Shown here piece after piece: positions 12,194 to 26,391 of a stretch of DNA of 64,000 bases; position 1 is the first letter of the stretch; each line of letters starts with the position of its first letter. The stretch lies in assembly GCA_012295275.1 (NCBI GenBank), contig CM022678.1, positions 12,648,001 to 12,712,000 of the forward strand, written 5' to 3'. This stretch comes from Chrysomallon squamiferum. Its lineage: Eukaryota > Animalia > Mollusca. The notes below the pieces were generated by a model. It saw nothing but the letters and a program-made list of their open reading frames with translations, was not told where the DNA came from and made no database searches. The translations under genes and the position numbers were made by a program.

Positions 12194-14099
12194 TTGAACT
12201 TCTGGTACAGTTTTTTTTAACCTATAATCTGAATAAAAGTCACGTGACTAAGACGCCCATATCTCAAGTTTAATCTTATTTATGTACTTTCTAACAGCAA
12301 TTCGTTCTAGGTTACCCGTTTAACTGGATATAGTATCACTGTAATTTGGTGAGAATGTCAGTCAATGTTTATGAATTTTTTCGGGTGGGGGGGGGGTTTA
12401 AAGTCAGAAAGATATTGGGTGGATTATCAACAATGCGGCTTGTAAGTGTAATCTGGCGAGGTCAAAACCCGCGCGCTCGATCTTTGAAAATAGCGTCGGT
12501 AAAAACTACCAGTTTACTGATTTTTCCGGATTTCAGGACGCCGGATAATTGGTCGGGTACCTGTACTTCGAAAGTAAAATAGATAATAAATAAATATTTT
12601 AAATTTATTTACACTTCTCTCATGTGTAAAGTTTTTTCGAATTAAATTAAGTAGGCCTAACTAAAAATAATAATAAAAAAAAATTGACGTCTAATCTACT
12701 GACACACTTTAATAAGCAAATGAGCATTATATTTAACTGTTAAAATTATATAAATATACATTTTGAGCGAAACTGCCACAACAATTAACTGAAGAATAAA
12801 AGTAAAATAAATAAATAAATAATATATAAACAAACATAGAAGTGAATAAAGAAAGATCGAAATAGAAAGTTCATACGTTCGTAAAAATGAAGAGGCGGAC
12901 AAAATCCACCAGCAGAAATGCAAGATAGGATAAAAGCCTCCCATACATAAACAAAACACAGTAGTGTAAATGTAATAATTACAATAATAATAAAAGGGGG
13001 TAAAAAAAAACATTCTGTCACTGTTTAAAACATTTCTTGACACCTTATCAAAATCGTGGGATTTATGCAGTTAGTTATTAGGTCAAGTAAATTGGGTGTG
13101 CCAGCTTTAATGAATGAGTAACTATAAAACTAACCCACATAATTAGTGGATGACATAACATAGCTTAGAAAATATGAAATGATTTTTCACTTGACACTGA
13201 CAACACTGATTCAGATATAATTTTAAAATTAATTTATAGTTGTGATTGCAGTAAGAAAAAACCCGCTTGAATGGAAGACTGTACACTCTTTTTCATGGCT
13301 TTCAGGTGGACTCAATCTTTCAGGCGTTTTAAACTTTCCAAAAACCGATGATCGTTGCATTAACACTTTTAAATTTGTTTTTAGCAATACATTTAAATTC
13401 AATCATTTCCAAGTTTTTTTTGGAATAAGTCGTCGAGTTGACAGTAACTGGTAGAATGTAGGAATTTTTTAAATCTAAACTAACGTCCAAGGATGTAAAG
13501 GTAGAGAACCAGGCCTGGTCTTCCTAATGTTCAGGATCTACTCTCACACACCGGATAATGTTATTAAATTTTTTCTACGGTTTTTTAAACGATGACACAA
13601 TGCACGAATAACTGTTTATTGTGTATGTATATAATGTTCTTGTTCAAAGAGACCAGGTTAAATGTACACAGATAGGCTTATAAACAAACGGGGCACCTTT
13701 TAAAGGACTGCCTGGGGAAACGGAGACAAAAAAGTGGTTGGTTGAAAAGTTGCTTTTTATCTGTGGGGAGAGCTTTTGTCTGACCTTGCAAATCGCCTGG
13801 AGGGCTTTTGTCTGCTCTCATTTTTGGACTGGGAGGGGGGGTTATCTTACTGGGGCGTATGTCCTACATTCAATAGAATCAATTTCAGTTTATTGGGCAC
13901 TAATAGACAATTAAAAATGTGTCTCTTTATTTTCCTAATTACTTTCGAAAGATTATTATACGTAACTGAAATAATAAATTTGGAATATTTATTTTATTTC
14001 TGTTTTCATCCAAAGCAATAAAAATACCCAATAAAAACAAAAAGAAAAATACAGATATATATATTTATTTATTTATACAGACACGAAACATATATACAA

Positions 14100-14364
14100 A
14101 GACACACACACAGAGACGTATACACAAACACACACACATACATACATCTAGACATATATATTCACACACAGACATACATACATATAAAATACACATTCCA
14201 CAAACTAGTAATAACAACATGGGGCTTTGGTTGGGTATAAAATCGGGCCATGGAGCATACATACTTAATCTTTCCAGAAAACTTGGAAATGAAAGCCAAA
14301 TAGCACAGACACACACACACAGCACACACACACCAGACACACACACACACATATGCATCTAGAC

Positions 14365-14402
<38 letters not shown>

Positions 14403-14580
14403 AGACAGACACACATATATGCACCTAGACATATTACACACACACACACATAAAATACACAATCCACAAACTAGTAATAGCAACATGAGGCATAGTTATG
14501 AACAAAATTGGTTGGGTACAAAATTGAGCCATACAGCATACATAATTAATCTTTCCAGAAAATCTGGAAATGAAAGCCAA
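14100..14580. repeat. Tandem duplication (~290 bp) with (CA)n tracts
   Basis: ccacaaactagtaata...taatctttccagaaaa..tggaaatgaaagccaa is present twice (14198-14300 and 14464-14580). Confidence 0.85.
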
Positions 14581-14915
14581 AGAGTTAAATGTTTTGTTAA
14601 CTATTTTGGTGCCAGATTTTAGCACAACATGTAGTTGACAGTGCCAGGTGTTGTAAGGAAAGTTACCTATATTTGATGATGTTAACAAAAATTTACAACA
14701 CTGTTTCCAGTCTGTGACAGTAAAAATGTGACCTGGGTTGTCAGAAATATGAATATGTAATGGGAAGCAAATGTCACAGGACTGAATTATTAAGCTCAAT
14801 TTGATTGGCTGACAATAATTTGTTCATGGAAATAATAAAAACTGAAAAAAAAAAAGAGAAAAAAAACTGAAAAAAAAACTTGATTAACTGGCTATAAATA
14901 GTGTGTATGTGTGTG

Positions 14916-14949
<34 letters not shown>

Positions 14950-15230
14950 ACCTTTGTGAAATTAGCTGCTGAGGTTTAGTTTGTATCATTAGCAATATAG
15001 GATCCTAATAGCACTTGCCCACATACTGAATAGCATATAGCAGGGTTTATTTACTGGCTAGAGTAAAAAGTGGTCTGATGTTGTTCATCAAGAGAAAACA
15101 GCGCACTGCATGTTCCTCTGTCAGAAAAGTAAAGAAGAAATATTTATACATGTACTGCCTTTGTTTAGCAACTACTACTCTAGTAAATAAACAACTAAAA
15201 CAAACAACAAACACCAAATTTAGGTATCAC

Positions 15231-16546
15231 ACAAACTTTTTATTCCTGGCTACTGTTTTGCTGATACCTGATCCAAGATCTTTTATTTCTTCATTGTCTC
15301 TGAATTCATCAACTTCTTTAATTATTTTCAAGGTTTTCATTTGCCATTCAGCATCACATTCCTCATCTGAGTGAGAACTTTCTCTGTTGTGCTGATGGGA
15401 GACATGAAAAGCTGGTTCATCTTTCTGTGTAGCAACATTCTTTTCAGTTCCATCAGCTGAGAGAGGAATTATCTTTACATTTGGTTTAGCTGCACTATCT
15501 GACTGGCTGAGGTCAGGTCCAACATGTTCATCATTTCCATACAGTAGAGCCACATCAACGAGGTGGATATAAGTGTTCAGCCCAGCTTCATCATCAGGTC
15601 TAAGCAAGAAACAGTCTTGAAGCTTTTTCTTTATACCTGTGAGTTTTCAGCACACACTCTCTTTATCAATAAGACAACTTTATCTATCATGCAGTTCCTT
15701 CAGTCTATCATCCAATTCTTTCATACTATCATCCAGGTCCCTTTGTCTATCTATCTGTATTATGTTCATTCTGTTTATCATCCTATATCTTCTTATTACC
15801 ATCCATTTTCTATTTTTAGGACTATTATCAAGATTATTTTGAAATGACTGGTTCGAACTGATCACGAAAACAGGAAATGTGTCTGATTATTTTCCACTTT
15901 CTCTTGGTGAAAGGTTTTGTCCTTTTGTCCTGTAGGTGCTACTGACCCACCAGCTAGAAAGATCTGGATAACAGTTGAGTTAGATGCATCAGTTGTGTTA
16001 AATCTGTCAGTTGATACATGACTATTAATATCAGTGGGATTGCCAGTGTCAAGGCTAATGGCAACGCTGAAATATCTGAGAGGGTTCAGAATGTCCATTA
16101 AGCTGACTGTGTTTTGACTGTGGCTGTCACTAGAATTCCCATGAGCCCTGGGAATAGCACTGTTAAACTTAAAATCCAAGTCCAGGTTAAGAGGCTGTTT
16201 AGATTCAAGTCCATATCCTTTGTCTTTGATACCATCTTCCTGTTCAGTACCAGGTTTAGCAGTCTTGGCTTCTGTAATAAACACATTGAAGTAAAGACAA
16301 TGTACTGAAAGGAATTGCTTGTTTTCATGTTATGTAAAATGCTATGTTTTATCCAGTATACTTTGTGTAAATATGTTATTAACCTTCCCTTGTAAAATGT
16401 AAACTTGTTTCTGTTGTTACTGTCTATTTGAACAGCACACTGAAATCTGTGTCCAGGACTGGTCTGAACAGTTTACATAGAGAGTTATCTTTCTTGGTAT
16501 AATCAACATTTCTTCTCTCTTCAGAGTGCTTTTCTTCCATATTTAT
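15231..16546 (-). pseudogene. Large disabled low-complexity/coiled-coil exon of an unidentified gene
   Basis: Acceptor at 16547, then MEEKHSEERR.... ORFs 15862-16284, 15680-15865 and 15227-15607 form one protein-like string broken by frameshifts and stops. GTGA donor at 15230. Confidence 0.5.
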
Positions 16547-17532
16547 CTATAAATAAATTTTCACACTTACCACCATCATCATCTTCATTTAATAAGAGTG
16601 TGTGGGCATTGTTTTGTGTCTTTATGTGTATTATGAAAATTAAATGTATGTATGTATATGTGTGCATATATGTGTCTATGTGTCTGTCTGTGTGTATGTG
16701 TGTGTGAGTGTGTGTTTAATGTTCTGAATCATTTTGTTTGTACCTTTCTGATTGGTCTGAAAAAACATCTTTATCAGAAATATGAAATAAACCAATATGA
16801 AGAAAATGTTCATCTATTTCAGAAAAAGAAAAGAAATTAACAACAACAACAACAATAATAAAATGAATAGTTATAATAGTAATAATAGCAACAACAACAA
16901 CACTATAACAATAATTAAAAACACAATACTAATGAAATTATAGTTTTCAATCTGTATTTTTGCATTTAACGTTTTTTAGAAATATACTTTACTAAATCTA
17001 ATTTGACACCCTTTTATTCACAGAAATAGTCTGTTCATGACCCCCGAGTTTTAACAGATTTTGTTTCTCTTTTACGATTTGTTGTGTTTATTTCAATACG
17101 GTTAAAACTACAAAGTTTAATTCAGTGTAACAAAAGATAGGTCTACATAATTTGATAAATCGTAAATTATTTAAAGATTCAGAGTATTAACCTGAATTCC
17201 GTATTTACAGTTCTGTTTTGTTTCATTCAGAAATACTTTAAAATGTATGAACCAACTGTTCGTTTGATGTTTCAGCTATAATACAAGAAAATAAACTACA
17301 TAATTCTGAAATTGCATAATTCAGAGTTTTCATGTCTTGTTATGAGGATTAATTAGTAGTTTATTAATGACGAAAATTTGTAAGCAAACAGAAATAGGTA
17401 AATATTATACTTCAAAGAGATTTAAACAAAAGATATTAAATTAATTATCACTTTCAAAGTAAACTCTATTTGTTACATTCATAATAAAAAAAAAAAAAAA
17501 CAAGAAAGAAAGTAAAATAAAGATAAGTATAC

Positions 17533-17620
17533 CTTTTTTTAAGATAAAAAATTCGATCGCCAATTCGCAGTAATATCACTGTTGCTATGAGTATAGCAAA
17601 ATTTGATGACGTCATCACAT
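17533..17620 (-). promoter_or_regulatory. Putative first exon and promoter with a palindromic CRE (TGATGACGTCATCA, 17604-17617)
   Basis: AG|GTAT donor at 17532, local CpG enrichment and a 14-bp perfect palindrome containing TGACGTCA. Confidence 0.4.
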
Positions 17621-17797
17621 GCTTCGCAAACTGTACTTCGGGACAGTTCGTTAATTTTAACGAACCTTCAGCAATTTTTACAAGAAAAAGTTGTATTTTT
17701 TCTTTCTGTCAATTTTATATATTCCATAATTACGTTAAAACATTAATCAACTGATTAAAAGAAAGAAATAAAAAATTCAAACTGAAAAGAGTAATAA

Positions 17798-17851
<54 letters not shown>

Positions 17852-18471
17852 CACTAACAATGGCAGAAATAATAAAACTTTCTGTAATATCGCTGACAAA
17901 ATTTTAATAATTTGTGTGTTGTATTCAAACTTTTTATTCTGACATTCCATTCATAATCGTCAGGTTCTAAATATTATAAACCTTAAACTAAATTTTCGTC
18001 CTCCTATTTTTCTATATAGATACTCTATTTGTATTATCGTATAATACTCTCATTAATACTATACTTCGGTAAATGAATCTTATGTACATCTTGGTCTGTA
18101 TTTTTTGTGCATAAATTAATAAAATCAAGTTTTTTCTTCTTTGTTGTTATTTTGTTTTGAATATTAGGAAACATATTCGTGCATCAGTATTCTTTAGATA
18201 CAAACAATCGTAAAGAAAAAACAAACACAAACAAACAAACATATGTAGCTTTATCTGTTGGTAAAACCTCTGAAAGTCATCAGATCTTTATTTTTATTTT
18301 ATTTTTTCAACCATAGCTTAAAAGGAAAATAAATAAATAAATAAATAAAATAAAATAAATTTAAAAAGTCAGAATAAAAAATATAAAACATAATTTGCTT
18401 GTCTCCCTTTATGTGAAATCAAAACTAAAATTAAATAACCGGCAATGCTTATTATTATTATTTTTTATTTT

Positions 18472-18507
<36 letters not shown>

Positions 18508-18712
18508 CATTATTATTAGATTTCTTTAAAAAAAAAAATGATGTTTTCAATGATTTTTTTTTTTTAACATTTGTTTATTTTAATTATACAGGTTTCCGTG
18601 ACATACGCGTTAAACGTCAGTTTTAGTGAAACTGTTCTGTATAAAGATGACACCTGTACACGTGTAATGAATAAATGTTAAATAACATGTTGTTTTCTTT
18701 GTTTGTTTGCTG

Positions 18713-18755
<43 letters not shown>

Positions 18756-19064
18756 TACTTTACTTTTTTTTAATTATCAGTTATATTATGCATGGTGCTG
18801 TAAGAAATGTTAGTATTAAGAAGTGTATTAATTTGTACCAGTAACCTTCAAATAAAATTATTTTCTTTCTATTCATAGTATAATTATTAACTAGGGTTTC
18901 ATTCTTCATTTTTCATTGTTTGTTTTAAAAGTATATTTAGCACGTATCCACGGGCACAAGCTTGCTGGATACCTGTAATAAGTATTTTTACATCCATTTT
19001 CATACTAGAAATGGAGAAACCAAACATAAATCTTATCATTATCTAGATAATTAATTTTTATTAC

Positions 19065-19115
<51 letters not shown>

Positions 19116-19450
19116 AATTCAGTTATTGATTTTTTTAAGAATCTTGTCTACTTTTAACTGATGATCAGTGTAAAACAGTATAATGTATTCACCTGTTCGG
19201 ACTGACCCGTATAATATATCAATATAATAACCGTATTTTGGTTATTACGTCTAATGTCAATTTGCATATTTAATAAACAATAAACTATTAATTCTAATAA
19301 TATTCATGTGTGTGTATGTGTGTGTCATTTTAAAATCACTTTAATAATTATAATTAAATTAAAAAACCGGAACTGCATAATTTATACTATATGCCGTCGC
19401 CCACATACAGCTGAATTCATTATAAAATTTAGTTATTTGAACGAAGAGGA

Positions 19451-20774
19451 ATGTTGAAAGTGTTGTTAAAAGTGTTGTTAGGCGTGTCTGCCGTGTCTCT
19501 GACTCTCGCCAAGCAACACGATGGTAAGTCCAGCCGACTGTTATTGACATGCGTGCAATTAAAACAAGTTTTAACAAGTCTGCATGCAGTTACGTCTAGG
19601 ATTAATTTTATATTTGCCAATAGCGACATTTTAATAAGTTTGGTTAAAATAAATCGTGTGTTCCAATCTTTATATGACAGCTGTATTTGTATGTGCAGTA
19701 ATAAGCTACACAACTAAAGAATTTAGAAATAAGCTACAACTGACGAATTTAGGAACAAGTTATAATTAGGGAATTCAGGAATATGCTAAGGTTTAGAGAA
19801 CTAAACTATTAAGAAATAACTTTACAGTTCGGTACGTCAAAAACTAATAGTTTATTTAATAATGAATAACTTGGCAGCTTAGGTAACAACAAATAATTTT
19901 ATAATTTGGTCAGTAACAAATTACTTGATTGTTAGGTCAACAACAAATAACTTGATTGCAAGCCCCAAAGACTCAAGTACAATTCCTAGTACCGAGAAAT
20001 ATTATGAGAAATGAAAATATTTGGAATCTGTAAATACAGATGAAATATATAATAAACAGTTTTTTCGATTTAAATATAAATCAACCAAACTTATGGAGTC
20101 CCCCCATTTGGAGGCCCGGGGCCACTCCACTGCACGCCACAGGGAATAAGAAATAATTTGATTGGTTAAAAATGTCATAATTTGTGGCAACCAACAAATA
20201 GTACATTTCGGGTCTAATGATTCAAATGTTAATGTTAATAGTTTCGTTTTCCGAAAGCAAACAATGGAATGTCTACTTTTGCAGCGCTTTAAACACTTTT
20301 AATTATAACAGCATATAAAATATTATTAGGGGACAGGCGAGAACATTAAATAACATATAAAGTAACAGAAGCACATACCATATCATTTGACTAAAAATAT
20401 TCAGTAACAGGGTGGAACGGAAAAAACACAATGGACAATATGATGAGGATTGCGAATCAGCATATCTCAGATCAGTGTTTTAACGACAAGCTAATAAATA
20501 ATCAAATTTACCAGTGATATAAATAATAATAAAAATAAAATAAATAAATAAAATTGAAAGAAGTGGCTTAAGGGCGTTTTGTACTCATTTAAAGGTTGTT
20601 TGGAATATGTAAAAAGTAGTTAGGTCACATGATGTATATTCGTATATGTATTTTATCAATTTCTGTTGTTGTTGTTTTGTTTGTTTATTGTTGGACTTAT
20701 TTATGTTTTTGTTTTTTTATAATTTGTTTTACCCATCTTCCTCTTTATACTTTTGCCTGATCTTCTGAGAAACC

Positions 20775-20860
<86 letters not shown>

Positions 20861-21726
20861 ATTTACGTAAACATTAATTAATTAACTTGTAGGAGACAAA
20901 TCTAAGAAGAGAGTCGAAGAACAGAGTATTGAAGGAGATTATAAATTAGCGGAATCTTATTTCTACGCGTACAAACCTCATGACGTAAAAGATTCGCAGA
21001 ACGTCCTGACGTAAGTATAAAATGTATCTTCTGACGTACGTATAAAATGTATCTTCTGACGTACGTATAAAATGTATCTTCTGACGTAAGTATAAAATGT
21101 ATCTTCTGACGTACGTATAAAATGTATCTTCTGACGTAAGTATAAATTGTATCTTCTTGTATTGAGGAGGGAGAACTGGTATTTCAACGTATTACTCGTG
21201 TTTATAATTATTATGCATTATTAAAAAAAAAAAAAAAAAAAATAACGAGAGAGAGAGAGAGAGAGATCGTAAATGTGTCTACATGTAAATAATACATATG
21301 TAGATGTATGGATTGATAGATTTAAGCGAGGTAGAATTAATCTTGATTTTGTTATTATTCTGCTTTATTATAAAAACTGCCATACGAGAGAGAGCCTAAA
21401 TAATAAGTACGGATTTGGATGAATTGACAGTGCTAAGCAAGCGTAAACATTACTTTTTATATGAATACACATGCGTGGATCTATCTATATATCTGAATAC
21501 AAGTGTATTTCTATGTCTGTCTGTCTGTTTGACTGAATGTAAATCTGTATGCCCGTATATTTATCTGATTAAAGACATGTTTGTTTTTATTAACAGAGGC
21601 GTAAGTAAGAAACGAAAGCTGGTACTGAAGAGAACTGACGCCAAAAGTTCTCTGTTTGAGATTTATTATCCCAAGAACGATTCTTCCGGAGCTGTTGTCT
21701 TCCGATTACGCTTCCATATATGTTAA
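19451..21726 (+). CDS. Small secreted protein, 106 aa; exons 19451-19523, 20893-21010, 21597-21726
   Basis: MLKVLLKVLLGVSAVSLTLA signal-peptide-like start and canonical GT-AG with consistent phases (1, 2). Mature part: KQHDGDKSKKRVEEQSIEGDYKLAESYFYAYKPHDVKDSQNVLTGVSKKRKLVLKRTDAKSSLFEIYYPKNDSSGAVVFRLRFHIC*. AATAAA at ~21767. Confidence 0.65.
20776..20857. repeat. (CT)n microsatellite
   Basis: Direct inspection. Confidence 0.95.
21006..21155 (+). repeat. 25-bp x 6 tandem repeat spanning the exon 2 splice donor
   Basis: CTGACGTAMGTATAAAATGTATCTT at 21006, 21031, 21056, 21081, 21106 and 21131. Confidence 0.95.
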
Positions 21727-23323
21727 AATAATATAAGATTTATATTTTGAAAAATAATAATAAATTAATAAAATTACTATTCGATACTTATCTTTATGTT
21801 ATATTATTATTAATGATTTTAATAATAATAATAAAAAAAAAAAAAAAAAACATAAGTATATACATATATATAGATATACTTGGTATCCACTTTGTTAAAA
21901 AAAAATGATATCCATTCTGTAATACGATATTGATGTTTGCAGAGTTTGGCTGACATCGTATCTCCCATTACTACGTACTGAATTATCCTTTAGCTCCCTG
22001 CTTACGTTTGGTTTACAGGATCAAAATTCAGTGTTGACCTAATTACAGTTCCTCTACGCGCCGGACTAGTGCTATTCGATTAGTATACCAAAGGCCGCAG
22101 TCACACACACACACACACACACACACCTATATAAACCCTCAAAACCGACTGTCAGTAAAGCTATGTATCTTTTTATTGATATTCTAGAATATAAATACAA
22201 CATGTAACTGTGCGTAGTAACACCAATGACTGTAACATAAAAATATCTACAAATGCTTAGATTAAGTAAGTTTAAAAATAAATAAGATAAAAATCCAGAT
22301 ATGTATTGATTTTGTTAATCCATTGCGTTTTGTCATGTGTACCGACTAAAATAATTAAGATATCATCGAATATTTGTTCTCATTGTTTTAAACAGATTTA
22401 TCTGTCTGGAAATGTTGTCTTACAAAATAATCTTCCTTTACACAGCAATTATTCACATCTGATGAATAATACAATCATTATTAATAATTAATTTTTTATA
22501 CCTAACTGTATTTTTTGTAATTGTATGTGTATATTATCCACAAAAAAAAAAAAAAAAAAAAAAAAAAAATGTTTAAAACGAAAATAAAGAAAAAGAAAAG
22601 AACAATAATAGAAATAATAAACAATGCAATAAATAATTTAAAATAAAATGAAATGATAATGAATAAAATAAATTTTTAAAACAATTCAGTATATTATGTT
22701 CAAATTAAAAAAAACACCATTTGACCTTTTTGAAAGAAAAAATAAACCTTCTGCCATATGTTCAATTCTAATCTACATATACATATACAAGCAATATATT
22801 TATTAGAATAAAAAAAACAAAAAACAAAAACCACACTATAATAATTTAGTAATATTAAATATAAAAATAAATAAATAAAATAAAAACAAAATTATAACGA
22901 TAATGATTAATAAAAATTAGTTTTTCAATGAAATAATAATAATCAAAATACATCCTTTAGAGAATAAAATGATTGGTTGGAATGTGAAAAATAATGTTAT
23001 TAGCTGTCAGTTGTTACCATCAAGCAATGGTCATCAATTTTTGTGTTGCTGTTGGGCATACTAATTTCTGTTTCATTTCTTTCATACTTTTTTACAAATA
23101 CATGTTTTTTTACAAATAGATGTATATTTTTACAAATACGTTTTTTTACAAATACATGTATATTTTTACAAATACATGTTTTTTTACTTCTCAACTTTTT
23201 CTCATTTTTCAACACTGAACACTTCTGCAGTTTTCTTCTTTTTTTTTCAGTTTTTTTTTTTACATTTGTTACTTTTAAATAATTTTATTTATTAATGTTA
23301 TAAAATTTACTATTTACGTTTTA

Positions 23324-25182
23324 TTATAAATTGACATTGACTCGAATCATATCCTTTTGTAGTTCGTCTTGCTTTAAGAATGAGACAGATTCCCCTGACA
23401 AATGTTCTGAGTTGACTACAGTTAAAACTGATTTATTTACCGCTGGGGATTCTGAACAAGCCACAGCACAAAGATGATTAACAACCAGCCTGAAAATAAC
23501 AAAAACAAAGAGAAAAATAATAATAATAATAATAACAATTACAATAATTAAAAAATATTTACGAAAAAAAAAAATAAAAGAATATTAATAATAATAAAGA
23601 CATTTTTGAAAAGATATGAATAAATAAAAATTATTATAAAAATTTTATAAATAAAAAATTGTGGTAAATGTGAAAATTATAACATATGATGTATTGTTAA
23701 AAACCCATAACATTATAATAATCCAAATGATAAACAAAGAAATGAAAATAATATATATATATATATATATATATATCCCAAACAAATTCCATAAGAACAA
23801 AAATACAAAATTAATATAAAATGGAAAAGATGAATAAAAACAGATATGTTGAAGCAAAACCAGATACAATCTAAAATATTTATTTACTTATTTATTTATT
23901 TATTTATTTTTCTTACCAAATAGCATGGTTTGCTGTCAGTGGCATGTTATACACAGCAAGTGATAAAGTTGAGGTAATTATCTGTAAATAAAAAAAAAAA
24001 TAAAATTAAAATAACAAACAAACACACAAACTAACAACACAATAAAATAAAATAAAATAAAATAAATAAAACAAATAAATAAATAAATAAATAAAATGAT
24101 AATAATCAAATACATTCAAAAAGAAAGAAATAATTACAATAAAACAAGAAAGAAAGATGAAAACTAAAGAAATAAAGAAATAAATAAAATAAATATAATA
24201 AAGAATTTTTATAATAAACGAAAAAATTAAATAACAAAAACATTTTAATGAACAAATTATAAAAAAATAAATAAAAAAATAAATAGAAGTATTAATAAAT
24301 AAATAAATAAATAAATATATAACTAAATAAATAAATAAATAAATACAAATTTAGTAATAAACAAATAACAATAATAAAAATGTCATAAACATCTGCTCTG
24401 ACGTATTTCATGAAAGTTTTCAATATGTAAACATTTTTATTTTACATTTGATTTATTCTTACTTTAAGATAGTTTAAAGTAGTTCTCGTTACCTTGGAAA
24501 CCGATTCTATCATGTCCAGATCAGCTTCAGTAAAACTGTCATTTTCTTGTAGTCGGATGAATGAAAGACAAAGAAAAATTCCAAATACACCACTGAAAGA
24601 ATAAACAGTGGAAATGAATAACAGAAGAATAATCGAAAGAATGAAATGAACAGATAGCTAGATAAACAATAGATAAATAAAATCTGAAAATAAATAAAAA
24701 TGGAAAATGGAAAAAAATAAAACCATAAAAGAATAAAAAATAAATTATAAATATATTAACAAATGACTGTTTGCACCATTTTTCAACTATATAATTATGT
24801 GTGTGTATGTACATGTTTTTGTGAGTATGGGCATGTGTTTCAGATTTTACATATGCTTGTTTATACTTTTCATGCGAATAAGTAGTTATACAAATCAGTT
24901 TTTTAACAAATGTTTAGATTTTTACCTCAGCAAACATCCAATGTAAAACTTGGCAAAGAACAGAAAAGGAAATTTACTTGCTTCCAAAGCATCACCTGCA
25001 AACAAAAAACATTTTTATTACATCCGATTTCATTAAAACATTAAGAAGTATGTGCTTGAGCTTGTATTCATGTATACAGTCTTACTCACCTAGAAAATAG
25101 CTGCACGGTGCAAGAACAACAACACTGAAAATAAAGTAAGAGATCTGTAGTTTACATTCAAACATTACTGTTTACTGCTGTG

Positions 25183-25236
<54 letters not shown>

Positions 25237-25789
25237 ACAGAAACACTCACCACACAAACACACAGAAACACTCACCACACAAACACACACATGCACACAC
25301 ACACACACAAACACACAGAAACACTCACCACACAAACACACACAGAAACAGACTCACCACACAAACACATACTCACCACACAAACTCACACACACACAGA
25401 AACACTCACCACACAAACACACACATGCACACACACACAAACACACACACTCACACACACACAGAAACACTCACCACACAAACACACACAGAAACAGACT
25501 CACCACACAAACACATACTCACCACACAAACTCACACACACACAGAAACACTCACCACACAAACACACAGACACAAACTCACACACACACACACAGAAAC
25601 AGACTTACCACACAAACACACACACACAGACTCACCACACACACACACACACACAAAGACTCACCACACACACACACACACACACAGAAACAGACTCACC
25701 ACACACACACACACACACACACAGCTCATTTCTACATGTTATTTTCTGCCTACCTATAAATGTACGAAGCATACAATCTTTCTGTAGAA
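23324..25789 (-). CDS. TMEM241: TMEM241/SLC35D4-like nucleotide-sugar transporter, 3' half; exons 25754-25789, 25090-25124, 24926-24995, 24493-24592, 23917-23981, 23324-23489
   Basis: Spliced translation STERLYASYIYSVVVLAPCSYFLGDALEASKFPFLFFAKFYIGCLLSGVFGIFLCLSFIRLQ...SKIITSTLSLAVY...WLVVNHL matches the recalled vertebrate TMEM241 C-half (YIFSVVLLA..HPTGD....FPFLYFYRF..SC..SG.LG.FL...AKIITAGLS). All junctions are GT-AG and phase-consistent. Confidence 0.85.
25184..25722. repeat. Compound (CA)n/ACAGAAACACTCACCACACAA repeat in a TMEM241 intron
   Basis: Direct inspection. Confidence 0.9.
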
Positions 25790-26391
25790 CTGGAAGGTAA
25801 ATAAATAAATAAATAAAATATGTCAAAAAAAAATAAAATAAACACACAAACATTTTAAACCTGACAATTAAATTTGACGAACAGATAAATAACAAATAAT
25901 TGTATTTTAAATGAATTAATGAATTCAAACTCAAATGTTTATATGAATTTTGGATAAAGTAAATCAATATTTTTAAAGTGCTAAATAAATAATAAATTAT
26001 GTAAATAACTTTAACAGACTTTTGTTATGAATTAATTAACGAAATATAGTGATAATAAAACTATTTGATGTTCAAAAAATAAAAGAAATGAATTATAGAT
26101 TAAAAAAAACAAAAAAAACAAACAAAAAACACAAACATTTATGTAAACTTCTGTAACTTAAAAATGGAATAAAATAATTTATATCAAAAAATATGTTTTA
26201 TTTAACATAAAATTCCAGAATCACTGTTAATTGATATCAATGATGACAATGACATCAACATTTTTTTTTTCTATATTTATTTGGATAAATGAGATCAAAA
26301 TTTGTATTAACAATGCATATAACTATAAAACAACTATACATCTATAGTTTTACAAAAAAACACACATTTGTCTGTAATTAATATCTATCAA

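Noticed and set aside
12870-13870. Loosely inverted GGACAAAA/CTTTTGTC motifs suggesting a MITE
   Set aside because: Termini and TSD could not be defined.
21006-21155. CRISPR-like regular repeats (also 54712-55610 and 34379-34609)
   Set aside because: Head-to-tail units with no unique spacers, no cas genes and a eukaryotic context.
23000-23215. Lys-rich minus ORF downstream of TMEM241
   Set aside because: No pyrimidine-rich acceptor. It is built from short TTTTTACAAATAC repeats in the probable 3' UTR.
25090-25165. Apparent start and signal peptide MFECKLQISYFIFSVVVLAP
   Set aside because: TMEM241 homology and the acceptor at 25125 show this is intron read-through. A further exon lies upstream at 25754-25789.
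25180-25800. 206-aa His/Thr-rich ORF and similar ORFs at 14065-14622, 54171-54446, 56162-56418 and 3824-4021
   Set aside because: These are translations of microsatellites.
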